This document shows, piece by piece, positions 40,919 to 50,133 of a stretch of 64,000 nucleotides of DNA. Source of the stretch: Thermodesulfobacteriota bacterium (lineage in GTDB: Bacteria; Desulfobacterota_D; UBA1144); NCBI GenBank assembly GCA_036340075.1, contig JAYYZJ010000012.1:64001-128000 (forward strand), given 5' to 3'. A program made the translations under genes and the position numbers. The notes beneath the pieces were generated by a model. It was not told where the DNA came from and did not search any database. It saw only the letters and a list, made by a program, of their open reading frames with translations. Every line of letters begins with the position of its first letter. Within the stretch, counting starts at the first letter, position 1.

Positions 40919-41587
40919 ATGAAGATAAGATTAGTAAGTTATTCGAAAGCCACAGAAGAGTTTAACAACGAAGGTATCTCTAATGTTCAAGATTTGATAG
41001 CCTTTTGTGCCAGGGTATCTAATCCGTCTAATCAAGTAAATAACGAAACAAGTGAAAGATTAATTAATTATTTAATTTCTAACAAACACTGGTCCCCTCT
41101 TGAGATGGTAAGTGCTTGTATAGAGATTGAAACAACCCGTGATATAGCTAGACAAATCTTAAGGCATAGATCTTTCAGTTTTCAAGAGTTTAGCCAACGG
41201 TATGCTGATCCAACCAAAGACTTATCTTTCGTTACCAGAGAAGCTAGATTACAAGATAAAAAAAATCGACAAAATTCTATTGAAACTGAAGATAACGAAC
41301 TTATAGAAGAATGGAATAAAAAGCAAGCACAAGTTATAGAATTGGCAAAAGAGAATTATAAATGGGCAATTGAGAATGGTATTGCTAAAGAGCAAGCTCG
41401 ATCTGTTCTTCCAGAAGGGAATACTGTTAGTAGAATGTATATGAATGGAACATTGAGAAGCTGGGTGCATTATATTGAACTAAGAAGTGGTCATGGGACT
41501 CAGAAAGAACATATGGACATAGCCATTGCAATAGCAAAAGTAATAAGTGAGATTTTTCCTATGGCTAAGAGTATTGCTCAAATATAA
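40919..41587 (+). CDS. thyX: FAD-dependent thymidylate synthase
   Basis: CARVS, HWSPLE, RHRSFSFQEFSQRY ThyX motif, EQARSVLP and TQKEH. Confidence 0.97.
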   Translation: MKIRLVSYSKATEEFNNEGISNVQDLIAFCARVSNPSNQVNNETSERLINYLISNKHWSPLEMVSACIEIETTRDIARQILRHRSFSFQEFSQRYADPTKDLSFVTREARLQDKKNRQNSIETEDNELIEEWNKKQAQVIELAKENYKWAIENGIAKEQARSVLPEGNTVSRMYMNGTLRSWVHYIELRSGHGTQKEHMDIAIAIAKVISEIFPMAKSIAQI

Positions 41588-41592
41588 TTTTA

Positions 41593-42534
41593 TTAAAAAT
41601 TAACAACTTCTAAACCATTCTCTTGGAGCATTTTAATATTTTTTAAATTAGAATAATTAAATGTAATAATTTTTAATACTTTGCTGCCAACCAAATCCGA
41701 GATTTTTTCGTTTGAGTCTTCAACTATCTTTATCAAATTATCTAGATTATCATTATCAATCACTAAAGTCTTAGGCATAATTTCATTAGCATTATCTAGG
41801 AATTCAGTTAGTGATTTACTATTAGTAAATTTTCTTGAATAAGTCATAAACAAATAATTTATACATTTTGAAAATAAATCTTCTTTTAGGTAAACAGAAG
41901 TTGAGAATTCATTATCTTTAATTTCCATGAAGGATTGCTTATATTTTTCTAATATGGAATTGAAGTCTTTTGGATTATTTTTTATTAGCCCTTCTTCGTT
42001 TACAAACTCTACTTCTTCTATTTGTTTTTGTTCTTTTAATAAATCTGAAATATCACCCTCTATATTTTTTCGTGAAAGCAACCCTATCTTGTATATATTT
42101 TTCATAGATTTAACTTGATTATTATATTCCGAATTATTTTGGAAACTATTAATTGAAATAATTTCAGTTGAGGAACTAAAAAGTTCAGAAACTTTAGGAT
42201 TGGTTGATAAAATTTCTACATCGTCAATTATAACAATTTCATATGATTTATTAGTATTAATGTTTTTAATATTTCTAGTATTTGCAAATGTCATTTCATT
42301 GCCCATTGAACAAAACGATGATTCAAGAACGAAGGATTCTAAGCAGTTTGTTGCCATGCTTAAAACCTTCTTGTTCATCAACTTATTTGATGCAATATAT
42401 GAAATTATGAAATCTATATTTGAACTTATATCTTTAAAAGTAACTTGTTTCCAATTTAATCCATCAAGGGACTGATATATCAGCTTTGCACCTTGAGTTG
42501 AAACAGATTCTCTGATTTCTTGAATATTTATCAT
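41593..42534 (-). CDS. Degenerate, truncated AMP-binding (long-chain acyl-CoA ligase-like) protein
   Basis: The N-terminus (W-x-x-V-T-F; N-x-x-E; 'FLDNANEIMP'; 'LVGSKVLKII') tracks FadD secondary structure. It lacks the YTSGTTGxPKG loop and ends before the GYGxTE motif. Confidence 0.5.
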   Translation of the reverse strand: MINIQEIRESVSTQGAKLIYQSLDGLNWKQVTFKDISSNIDFIISYIASNKLMNKKVLSMATNCLESFVLESSFCSMGNEMTFANTRNIKNINTNKSYEIVIIDDVEILSTNPKVSELFSSSTEIISINSFQNNSEYNNQVKSMKNIYKIGLLSRKNIEGDISDLLKEQKQIEEVEFVNEEGLIKNNPKDFNSILEKYKQSFMEIKDNEFSTSVYLKEDLFSKCINYLFMTYSRKFTNSKSLTEFLDNANEIMPKTLVIDNDNLDNLIKIVEDSNEKISDLVGSKVLKIITFNYSNLKNIKMLQENGLEVVNF

Positions 42535-42586
42535 GAGATTTATTTAAATTAGATTTTGACTATAATATAGACTATAAACAATATAG

Positions 42587-43942
42587 ATGATGATTCAATT
42601 AAGTGATTTAATTACAAATGATATTAAATTCCAAGCTGCCAGAGAAATAATTGGCAAATTAAAAGAAAATAAACATGAGGCTTTTATAGTCGGTGGAGCA
42701 GTAAGAGATCTTCTTCTCAAGAAGAATCCAGATGAATTCGATATATGCACATCAGCTACTCCTGAAGAAATACAAACGATATTTAATAGAACTAAAGCCG
42801 TAGGACAAAGTTTCGGAGTAATCCTTGTTCTAATAGATAATGTTTCAATAGAAGTGGCAACATTCAGAAAAGATATGGTCTATACCGACGGAAGACATCC
42901 AGACAAAGTAATTTATACAAAGAACGTTGAAGAAGATATAGAACGTAGAGATTTTACAATTAATGGCCTACTTCTAAATCCAGACAATGGTGAGGTTTTT
43001 GATTACTGTAAAGGAATTGAAGATATAAAATCTAAGATAATTCGAACTATTGGTATACCAGATAAAAGATTTTCTGAAGATTATTTGAGAATGCTTAGAG
43101 CAATAAGATTTTCTAATAGATTTGGTTTTAAAATCGAACAAAACACAAGCGATGCATTATTGGACAATTCAGAAAAAATAATGTTTGTTAGCATAGAACG
43201 AATTAGAGAAGAAGTAACAAAAATAATAACAAAAAGTAATAATCCAGGAAAAGGCATAATCTCACTAAGTAAATACGGACTTCTAAAATATATAATTCCC
43301 GAAGTTGAAAAATTAAAGGGTGTTGAGCAACCAAAAGAATTTCATCCAGAAGGAGATGTTTTTGTGCACACCTGTCTAGTTCTTGATATGTTAGATTTAA
43401 ACGAAAAGGATAATACTGAATTAGCTTATGGGGCCCTGCTTCATGATATAGGAAAACCAGAAACACAAACTATAACCGACAGAATAAGGTTTAATAGGCA
43501 TGAATATGTAGGTGCAAAAATTACAGAAAAAATTTGTAAAAGATTGAAATTCTCTAATAAACAAAAAAGAAACATAGAAAGCCTAGTAAAAGAACACATG
43601 AAATTCGCAAATATCAAAGAAATGAAAAAAAGCACTTTTAAGAAATTTATTTCTATGGATAATTTTGAAGAACATCTAGCTTTACATAAGGCTGATTGCC
43701 TCGGAAGTCATGGTGATCTTGAGCTTTACGATTATACATTATCAAAAATAGAAGAATTAAAAAATGAACCGATAAAACCTAAACCTCTTGTAACTGGTGA
43801 TGATTTGATTCTACTAGGACTAACGCCGGGACCTAAATTTAAAGAAATCCTATCTAAAGTATTTGATGAGCAGCTTGAAGGTAATTTTAATTCAAAAGAA
43901 GAGGGTGTAAAATTAGTAAAAGATTTGGTTAACAAAAAATGA
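42587..43942 (+). CDS. cca: CCA tRNA nucleotidyltransferase / poly(A) polymerase family with HD domain
   Basis: VGGAVRD, DFDI-like 'EFDICT', EVATFR, RRDFTING, EDYLRMLRAIRF, ERIREE, HPEGDV and LLHDIGK motifs. Confidence 0.92.
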   Translation: MMIQLSDLITNDIKFQAAREIIGKLKENKHEAFIVGGAVRDLLLKKNPDEFDICTSATPEEIQTIFNRTKAVGQSFGVILVLIDNVSIEVATFRKDMVYTDGRHPDKVIYTKNVEEDIERRDFTINGLLLNPDNGEVFDYCKGIEDIKSKIIRTIGIPDKRFSEDYLRMLRAIRFSNRFGFKIEQNTSDALLDNSEKIMFVSIERIREEVTKIITKSNNPGKGIISLSKYGLLKYIIPEVEKLKGVEQPKEFHPEGDVFVHTCLVLDMLDLNEKDNTELAYGALLHDIGKPETQTITDRIRFNRHEYVGAKITEKICKRLKFSNKQKRNIESLVKEHMKFANIKEMKKSTFKKFISMDNFEEHLALHKADCLGSHGDLELYDYTLSKIEELKNEPIKPKPLVTGDDLILLGLTPGPKFKEILSKVFDEQLEGNFNSKEEGVKLVKDLVNKK

Positions 43943-44934
43943 GAAATCAAGCAATCCGGTTGAAAGAATTTGGGTCAATCAAAAATTTAAAATTGGAAAA
44001 TATATCTATACCAGAAATAGGATCCAACGAAGTTTTAGTTAAGGTATATTGCGCAGGAATCAGTTTTGCAGATATTTTAATTGTTGAAGGCAAATATCAA
44101 GATGCACCTGAACTTCCATTTGTCCCAGGATTAGAAGTTTCAGGAATAATTGAAAAAGTTGGAAAAGAAGTTCAAGGACTAAAAGAAGGGGACGAAGTTG
44201 TAGGCTTATCAGCTTGGGGAGCTTTTGCAGAATATGTTAAGCTAGATTCGAAATTTGTTGTAAGAAAATCTGAGAATATGCCATTTGAAGTAGCAGCCTC
44301 AATGACAATAAATTACGGAACCTCTTATTATGCACTAGTAGAAAGAGCAAGAATTAGGGAAGGGCAGAAAATTTTGATACTAGGTGCTTCTGGTGGTATA
44401 GGACTTTCTGCCATAGAAATTTCAAAAGCCTTTAATTGCAATGTTACTGCTGTTGCATCGTCAAAGGAAAAGCTTGAGACCTGTGAAAAATACGGAGCAG
44501 ACAATTTAATATTAAACAATTCAAACAATCTTAAAGAATCCTTAAAGGAACAACAAGCAGGAAAATTTGATTTAATTTATGACACAATCGGTGGTCAGGA
44601 CACAATCGATTCCCTTAGTTTTGTTGAATGGGAAGGGCAGATTTTAATAATGGGCTTTGCATCAGGTGATATAGCAAGTGTTCCAGTAAATAAAATTTTA
44701 TTAAAAGGTTGCAATCTGATTGGAATTTTTTGGGGACCCTTTGCAAGAGGAAATACTAATTTTAATCTTCAATCTATCAAAGAAGTCTGTAATTTGTACG
44801 AAAAAGGATTATTACAAATATCAGACCCTGAACTTTACTTGATTAATGATTTTAAAGAAGCGATGTCTAAAATTAAAAATAGAGAATCAATAGGCAAACT
44901 ATGCTTTTACACTGAGGCTTTCTCTAAGTCTTAA
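43939..44934 (+). CDS. NADPH:quinone oxidoreductase family (MDR, Zn-independent)
   Basis: GKYQ..P.LPFVPGLE, LGASGGIG and GFASG motifs. Confidence 0.92.
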   Translation: MRNQAIRLKEFGSIKNLKLENISIPEIGSNEVLVKVYCAGISFADILIVEGKYQDAPELPFVPGLEVSGIIEKVGKEVQGLKEGDEVVGLSAWGAFAEYVKLDSKFVVRKSENMPFEVAASMTINYGTSYYALVERARIREGQKILILGASGGIGLSAIEISKAFNCNVTAVASSKEKLETCEKYGADNLILNNSNNLKESLKEQQAGKFDLIYDTIGGQDTIDSLSFVEWEGQILIMGFASGDIASVPVNKILLKGCNLIGIFWGPFARGNTNFNLQSIKEVCNLYEKGLLQISDPELYLINDFKEAMSKIKNRESIGKLCFYTEAFSKS

Positions 44935-44964
44935 AACAGAAAGGTGAACAATCTCACCTTTCTG
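44933..44964 (-). terminator. Rho-independent terminator after atpE (possibly bidirectional)
   Basis: 11-bp inverted repeat CAGAAAGGTGA / TCACCTTTCTG (44937-44964), followed by TTTT on the minus strand. Confidence 0.85.
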
Positions 44965-44972
44965 CTAAGAAC

Positions 44973-45284
44973 TTATATTTTATTCTGCAACAAGAATGTA
45001 ATAGCTAAAGCATAAATGACCAATGATTCAATTAAAGCTAAACCAATAATCATTGGTGTTTGAATCTGACCAGCAGCCCCAGGGTTTCTGCCAACAGCAT
45101 CTAATGCTGAAGCAACCATTCTACCCATTCCTACTCCACCACCAGCAGCGGCTATACCAATACCAAGCCCACTTCCTAATGCAAGACCTGAAATCGCTTC
45201 ACCCGAACTAGCAGCATAAACTTCAGGGGTTAATAGTAGAGTCAGTGCTACAACGAAAAATGTATAAAATGAAAACTTGTTCAT
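44973..45284 (-). CDS. atpE: ATP synthase F0 subunit c with N-terminal signal-like extension
   Basis: GxGxGxG helix, GRNP loop and IESLVIY carboxylate; AGGAGG SD before ATG 45284. Confidence 0.96.
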   Translation of the reverse strand: MNKFSFYTFFVVALTLLLTPEVYAASSGEAISGLALGSGLGIGIAAAGGGVGMGRMVASALDAVGRNPGAAGQIQTPMIIGLALIESLVIYALAITFLLQNKI

Positions 45285-45300
45285 TATGTTCCTCCTTGTT

Positions 45301-46011
45301 TTAATGATCATGACTGATTGATAACGAAATATAAATACTTGATAAAATTGTAAAAATAAAAGCTTGTAAAAAAGATACAAAAACTCCTAAACCAATGAAT
45401 ATTACTGGAATAATGAATGGTGTTAAATTTGAAAAAATTTGTAAAACTAGATGGTCTCCAAACATATTCCAAAAAAGTCTTAAAGAAAGTGATGCGGGTC
45501 TAACCAGATGGCTCACAAGTTCTATAATAATCATTAGCGGTGCCAAATAAATCACTGGACCCATAAAATGTTTTAAGTATCCTAATCCATGCTCTTTAAA
45601 TCCAAGATAATTATATGCTACAAAAATCACAGATGACATTGCAAGTGTTGTATTCAAATTCTGAGAAGCCGGATAAAATCCAGGAAAAACCCCTAACAAA
45701 TTAGCAAAGAAAATAAAAAAGAATGACCCACCAAGTAAAGGAAGAAACCTTCTAGCCTTTTCTTCGCTTCCAAATATATCCGCTATTAATTTTAGTAAAA
45801 AATCTAAAGTAATAAATTCAAAAAAGGTTGTTAGAGAAAATTTAGGTGAAGGCGTCAAAGAAGCCTTGTCTTCAGTTGCCTCTAAGCATCTCTTTCTAAC
45901 TCTTAAAGAAAAGAATATTAATAAAGTAACAACAAGCACTGACCCAAATATATGATCATATTCACTAATACCTAACAGCTCTGTCCATTGGGCATGCTCT
46001 AATCCACTCAT
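45301..46011 (-). CDS. atpB: ATP synthase F0 subunit a
   Basis: NLLGVFPG, IIELVSHLVRPASLSLRLFWNM and LQAFIF motifs. Confidence 0.97.
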   Translation of the reverse strand: MSGLEHAQWTELLGISEYDHIFGSVLVVTLLIFFSLRVRKRCLEATEDKASLTPSPKFSLTTFFEFITLDFLLKLIADIFGSEEKARRFLPLLGGSFFFIFFANLLGVFPGFYPASQNLNTTLAMSSVIFVAYNYLGFKEHGLGYLKHFMGPVIYLAPLMIIIELVSHLVRPASLSLRLFWNMFGDHLVLQIFSNLTPFIIPVIFIGLGVFVSFLQAFIFTILSSIYISLSISHDH

Positions 46012-46014
46012 ACT

Positions 46015-46347
46015 TTATTTACCTTGAATTAAAAGAATAAACACAATTAAAATTACACTAAATCCTGTCAAAAATCCAATTAAATCTAGAGACAAGAATT
46101 TGATTAAATAAATAATAATGCTAACTAGTAGTAGAATTTTAAGAAAGCCAAAAAAGAAAGCAATAAACTTTCCGGTTTCCTTTGTTGTAAATACCTTTGT
46201 TAAAAGCTGTATAGAGAGAATGTTGACAAACGAAACTATTAGACCATAGAAAACTGCCTTAAAAAAAGGATTTTTGTAAAAATAGATACACGGAGCTGTA
46301 ATTATAAGACATATTATGGTTAATAATTTGTTTGATTTAGAAAACAT
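46015..46347 (-). CDS. atpI: ATP synthase protein I (4 TM)
   Basis: Four hydrophobic helices; located between the atpZ-like gene and atpB. Confidence 0.75.
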   Translation of the reverse strand: MFSKSNKLLTIICLIITAPCIYFYKNPFFKAVFYGLIVSFVNILSIQLLTKVFTTKETGKFIAFFFGFLKILLLVSIIIYLIKFLSLDLIGFLTGFSVILIVFILLIQGK

Positions 46348-46544
46348 TAATCCCTCTTGTTTAACACTTTTAGCATTAAAGTGAATCCAGCAATAGAACC
46401 TATAATTACTCCAAGTATAGTGAAGAGAGGCTGTTTATTGAAATATTTATCTGCTTCTCCACCTAGAAATATCCCTGACAATATACAGAATGCAAGCTCG
46501 GTCCCCACAACAATGAATTTTATCCATGAGCTCTTTTGATTCAA
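46347..46544 (-). CDS. atpZ: AtpZ/AtpI family 2-TM protein
   Basis: G...G..D..F...P....G...G...GF pattern; upstream of atpI. Confidence 0.8.
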   Translation of the reverse strand: MNQKSSWIKFIVVGTELAFCILSGIFLGGEADKYFNKQPLFTILGVIIGSIAGFTLMLKVLNKRD

Positions 46545-47839
46545 TTATTTTTACCTATTGCTAATGCTGATTCTATACATTTATCAATAGTATAATCTAA
46601 ATCCTTATAATTATGAGCAGTAGAAACAAACATTGTCTCAAATTGAGAAGGTGGAAGCATGATTCCCTTTGATAGTAGCAGATTAAAAAACTTTCCATAT
46701 AAGCCATTATCACATGAAATTACATCTGAATAATTATTGATTGAATTTTTACTAAAGAAAAAAGTAAGCATTGAACCGATTTGATTAATTCGTATATTAG
46801 CAAACTTTTCATTATCAAATTTTTCTTTAATGTAAGACGCCTTCTCGTTAAGTTCTTTGTATAAATTAGGACTAGATTCAATTAACAGCTCAATTGTTTT
46901 TATTCCAGCTGCAACACCAACAGGATTTCCTGACAATGTACCAGCTTGATAAACTGGACCCATAGGAGACAGCATAGACATGATTTCTTTTCTTCCTCCG
47001 AATGCTCCAACAGGGAAACCTCCACCAATTATTTTTCCAATACATGTCATATCAGGTTGAACATCAAAATGCTCTTGTGCACCACCCAAGCTTATTCTGT
47101 ACCCAGAAACAACTTCGTCAAAAATCATCAATGTTTTATTTTCGTGCGCAATTTTTTTAATTTCCCTTAAGAATTCCGTATTTGGTAATACAGTACCCAT
47201 ATTCGCGGGTACAGGTTCTAATATTATTGCAGCGATGGAATTAGGATTCTTTGCAAATACATTTCTAACACTTTCAATATCATTAAACTCGGCCAACAAT
47301 GTGTTTTTACTGAACTCATCTGGAACTCCTGGAGAAGAGGGAGTGCCAAATGTTGAAGCACCTGATCCTGCTTTAACCAATAAATAGTCAGCATGACCAT
47401 GATAACATCCCTGAAATTTGATTATTTTATCCTTCCTTGTAAAAGCTCTAGCTAGTCTTATACAGCTCATTGTTGCTTCTGTGCCTGAATTAGTTAAACG
47501 TACCATCTCCATTGAGGGAATTGTCTCTGTAATAAGTTTTGCTAATTTAATTTCATCTTTATGACATGCACCAAACGTTGTACCTTTACCCATTGCTTCC
47601 CTTGCAGCATTAATTATTTCTTCATTAGAGTGCCCAAAAATAAGTGGTCCAAATGATCCAACATAATCTATATATTTATTTCCGTCCTCATCAAATAGAT
47701 ACGGACCCATAGCTTTTTTTATGAAGATTGGTTTTCCACCTACTGCTCCAAAAGACCTTACAGGACTATTAACCCCACCAGGTATTATTTCTGATGCTTC
47801 TTTAAAAAGTTTTTCAGATATATTTGATGAATAACTCAC
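46541..47839 (-). CDS. hemL: Glutamate-1-semialdehyde 2,1-aminomutase
   Basis: PGGVNSPVR, NSGTEATM, GCYHGH, FDEV, GKIIGGG, YQAGTLSGNP and PSQFE motifs. Confidence 0.98.
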   Translation of the reverse strand: MSYSSNISEKLFKEASEIIPGGVNSPVRSFGAVGGKPIFIKKAMGPYLFDEDGNKYIDYVGSFGPLIFGHSNEEIINAAREAMGKGTTFGACHKDEIKLAKLITETIPSMEMVRLTNSGTEATMSCIRLARAFTRKDKIIKFQGCYHGHADYLLVKAGSGASTFGTPSSPGVPDEFSKNTLLAEFNDIESVRNVFAKNPNSIAAIILEPVPANMGTVLPNTEFLREIKKIAHENKTLMIFDEVVSGYRISLGGAQEHFDVQPDMTCIGKIIGGGFPVGAFGGRKEIMSMLSPMGPVYQAGTLSGNPVGVAAGIKTIELLIESSPNLYKELNEKASYIKEKFDNEKFANIRINQIGSMLTFFFSKNSINNYSDVISCDNGLYGKFFNLLLSKGIMLPPSQFETMFVSTAHNYKDLDYTIDKCIESALAIGKNN

Positions 47840-47934
47840 ATGTTAAACAAAAAACATAATTAGTAGATTGTCAAGCTTCCACCCTGCTTAATACTGCTTT
47901 TATTGTAATAGAATACAGATAGACTTAATATTTA

Positions 47935-48807
47935 ATGAACAAACTTAATGTTATTTCGCCTGCTAAAATCAATTTAGATTTAATAATAAAGAGCAAAAGG
48001 GCGGACAATTATCATGAAATTAGTTCCCTAATTCAACCGATTGATTTAAACGATGTTATATCAATAACTTGTACCAATAGTTCTAATCTTATTGAGATAG
48101 ATTTTCCTAATAATAATGTTCCTCTTGAAGAGAATTTAATAACAAAAGCGGCGGAATCTTTTTATCAGTTATTCGGAATTAACCAGTCTATTAAGATATC
48201 AGTAAGAAAGAGGATACCCATAGGCTCTGGTATGGGAGGAGGAAGTAGTAATGCGGCAGCAACACTACTAGGTTTGTCAAAAATTTTCAATATAGACTCA
48301 TTTGATAAACTTCTAGAGATAGGAGATAGCTTAGGGGCAGACGTCCCCTTTTTTTTATACTGTAGAACAGCTCGTGTTTCTGGAAAAGGAGAGGAGATAA
48401 ATATTGTCGAAACCCCACCAAAATTAAGATACCTATTAATTTTTCCAGGATTTTCATCTGAGACCAAAGAGCTTTATAATTTGTGGGATTCAAAAGAATC
48501 TTTTGATTCTAATGATATAGACAGAAATAAAACAAAGAAAATTATTTTTAAAAAAGAAGAGCTTTATTTAAGAAATGACTTTATACCCCTATTGCTAGAA
48601 AAAAATTCTGAATATGCAAGAATTTTTACTACTCTTGATAATCTAGGATTTGAAAATTATTCCATCTCCGGAAGTGGATCGACTATTTTCTCTGTTCTGA
48701 ATAATGAGGCTGACACCAAAGAGGCCGAAAGTTATATCCAATCATCTATGGATGTTAGAGCAATAACAGTTGAGTCAGTTGAGGGATGGAGATTTTCTTA
48801 TGATTGA
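47935..48807 (+). CDS. ispE: 4-diphosphocytidyl-2-C-methyl-D-erythritol kinase
   Basis: PAKINL, KRIPIGSGMGGGSSNAA, LGADVPFF and SGSGST motifs. Confidence 0.96.
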   Translation: MNKLNVISPAKINLDLIIKSKRADNYHEISSLIQPIDLNDVISITCTNSSNLIEIDFPNNNVPLEENLITKAAESFYQLFGINQSIKISVRKRIPIGSGMGGGSSNAAATLLGLSKIFNIDSFDKLLEIGDSLGADVPFFLYCRTARVSGKGEEINIVETPPKLRYLLIFPGFSSETKELYNLWDSKESFDSNDIDRNKTKKIIFKKEELYLRNDFIPLLLEKNSEYARIFTTLDNLGFENYSISGSGSTIFSVLNNEADTKEAESYIQSSMDVRAITVESVEGWRFSYD

Positions 48808-48840
48808 ATTTATTTAAATTTTCAGTATCATCATACAGAT

Positions 48841-48911
48841 TGGCCCGTCGTCTAATGGCAGGACTCTTGGTTTTGGTCCAAGCAATGGAGGTTCGAATCC
48901 TTCCGGGCCAG
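48841..48911 (+). tRNA. tRNA-Gln (anticodon TTG), CCA not encoded
   Basis: Acceptor stem TGGCCCG/CGGGCCA, D-loop TGG, anticodon arm CTTGG-TTTTGGT-CCAAG, T-loop GTTCGAATC. Confidence 0.97.
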
Positions 48912-48957
48912 TTCTAGCTTCACTTATTAGTGTAAAAATTGTATAATGAGGGTGCCT

Positions 48958-50106
48958 ATGAGTGCTAACGAATACGAGAATTTTCAATCTAATTCAAACT
49001 CTAGCTCTAATACTGAATCTAGTGGGTCAGGAGAGTTGGATGATAAAGCTTTATTGGAAGAATACCAAAAAGCTACTTTAAGAAATGTAAATTCTCAAAG
49101 CAAGAAAAAGGACTGGGTTCCAGATGAGCAATATAGATTGCTATATGTTTATTTTAAGGACATGTCTTTAGAGCCCTTATTAAAATCGAAACAAGAAGTT
49201 GAGGTCTCGTCGAAAATTAAAAAATGTGAAGCTAACGCCTTACATTTTCAAGAGTTGATTGATAAAATTCGTACATCAAAAATTAGTCAACCAGAAAATA
49301 AAAAACTTATCAGTCTTAAGGGTGGAAAGAAGAGGAGAGTTGTTGAATTCGAAGGATTTGTCAGAGCTTATACAAATCTTGCAAATAGATTGAAAGAAAG
49401 ATTTGTTAAGGCAAATCTCAGATTGGTTGTTAGTATAGCAAAAAGATATATTGGAAGAGGGCTAGCTTTACAGGATTTAATACAAGAAGGAAATGTAGGC
49501 TTGATGAGAGCTGTTGAAAGATTTGACCATACAAAAGGATTTAAATTTTCTACATATGCCTCTTGGTGGATTCATCAAGCAATCTCTAGAGCACTCTTAG
49601 ACCAAACAAGAACAATTAGAGTGCCAGTTTATGTTTTAGAACAAGCAAGTAAAGTATTTAAGGCAAGTACTGCATTACAAAAAGAATTGGGAAGAAAACC
49701 AACTCCTTTAGAAATTGCAGAAAGAGTGGGAATCTCTTTAGATGGAGTTAAAAGAATCTTAGAGTCTACTAACGAAGTAGTGCAATTAGATACACCGGTA
49801 TTTGATGGGGAAAAAGCAACGCTCTTAGATTTTATACCAGATGAAGGTTCTCCTGTTCCAGATAAAATAGTAGCAGAAAGTTCTTTAACTGAAAGAATCA
49901 AAGGAGCTTTAAAAGCCCTTACCCCTCGTGAAGAAGAAATTATAAAGATGAGATTCGGTATTGATATGGAGAGCACTTATACATTAGATGAAATAGGTAA
50001 AAAATTTGACCTTACAAGAGAAAGGATACGACAGATTGAGAAAAAAGCCTTAGAGAAACTGGCCAAATCTGATATCGGTGAAGTCCTTAAAAGTTTCCTA
50101 GAATAA
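48958..50106 (+). CDS. RpoD/SigA-like sigma70 factor lacking region 1.1
   Basis: [30 protein letters not shown] and TRERIRQIE motifs. An alternative start is at 48946. Confidence 0.93.
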   Translation: MSANEYENFQSNSNSSSNTESSGSGELDDKALLEEYQKATLRNVNSQSKKKDWVPDEQYRLLYVYFKDMSLEPLLKSKQEVEVSSKIKKCEANALHFQELIDKIRTSKISQPENKKLISLKGGKKRRVVEFEGFVRAYTNLANRLKERFVKANLRLVVSIAKRYIGRGLALQDLIQEGNVGLMRAVERFDHTKGFKFSTYASWWIHQAISRALLDQTRTIRVPVYVLEQASKVFKASTALQKELGRKPTPLEIAERVGISLDGVKRILESTNEVVQLDTPVFDGEKATLLDFIPDEGSPVPDKIVAESSLTERIKGALKALTPREEEIIKMRFGIDMESTYTLDEIGKKFDLTRERIRQIEKKALEKLAKSDIGEVLKSFLE

Positions 50107-50133
50107 AACAAAGTATTTTGATAAAATAAGCTA

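Noticed and set aside
48841..48957. tRNA-Gln as an integration site for an island
   Set aside because: I saw no integrase, no duplicated tRNA 3' end and no compositional shift downstream.
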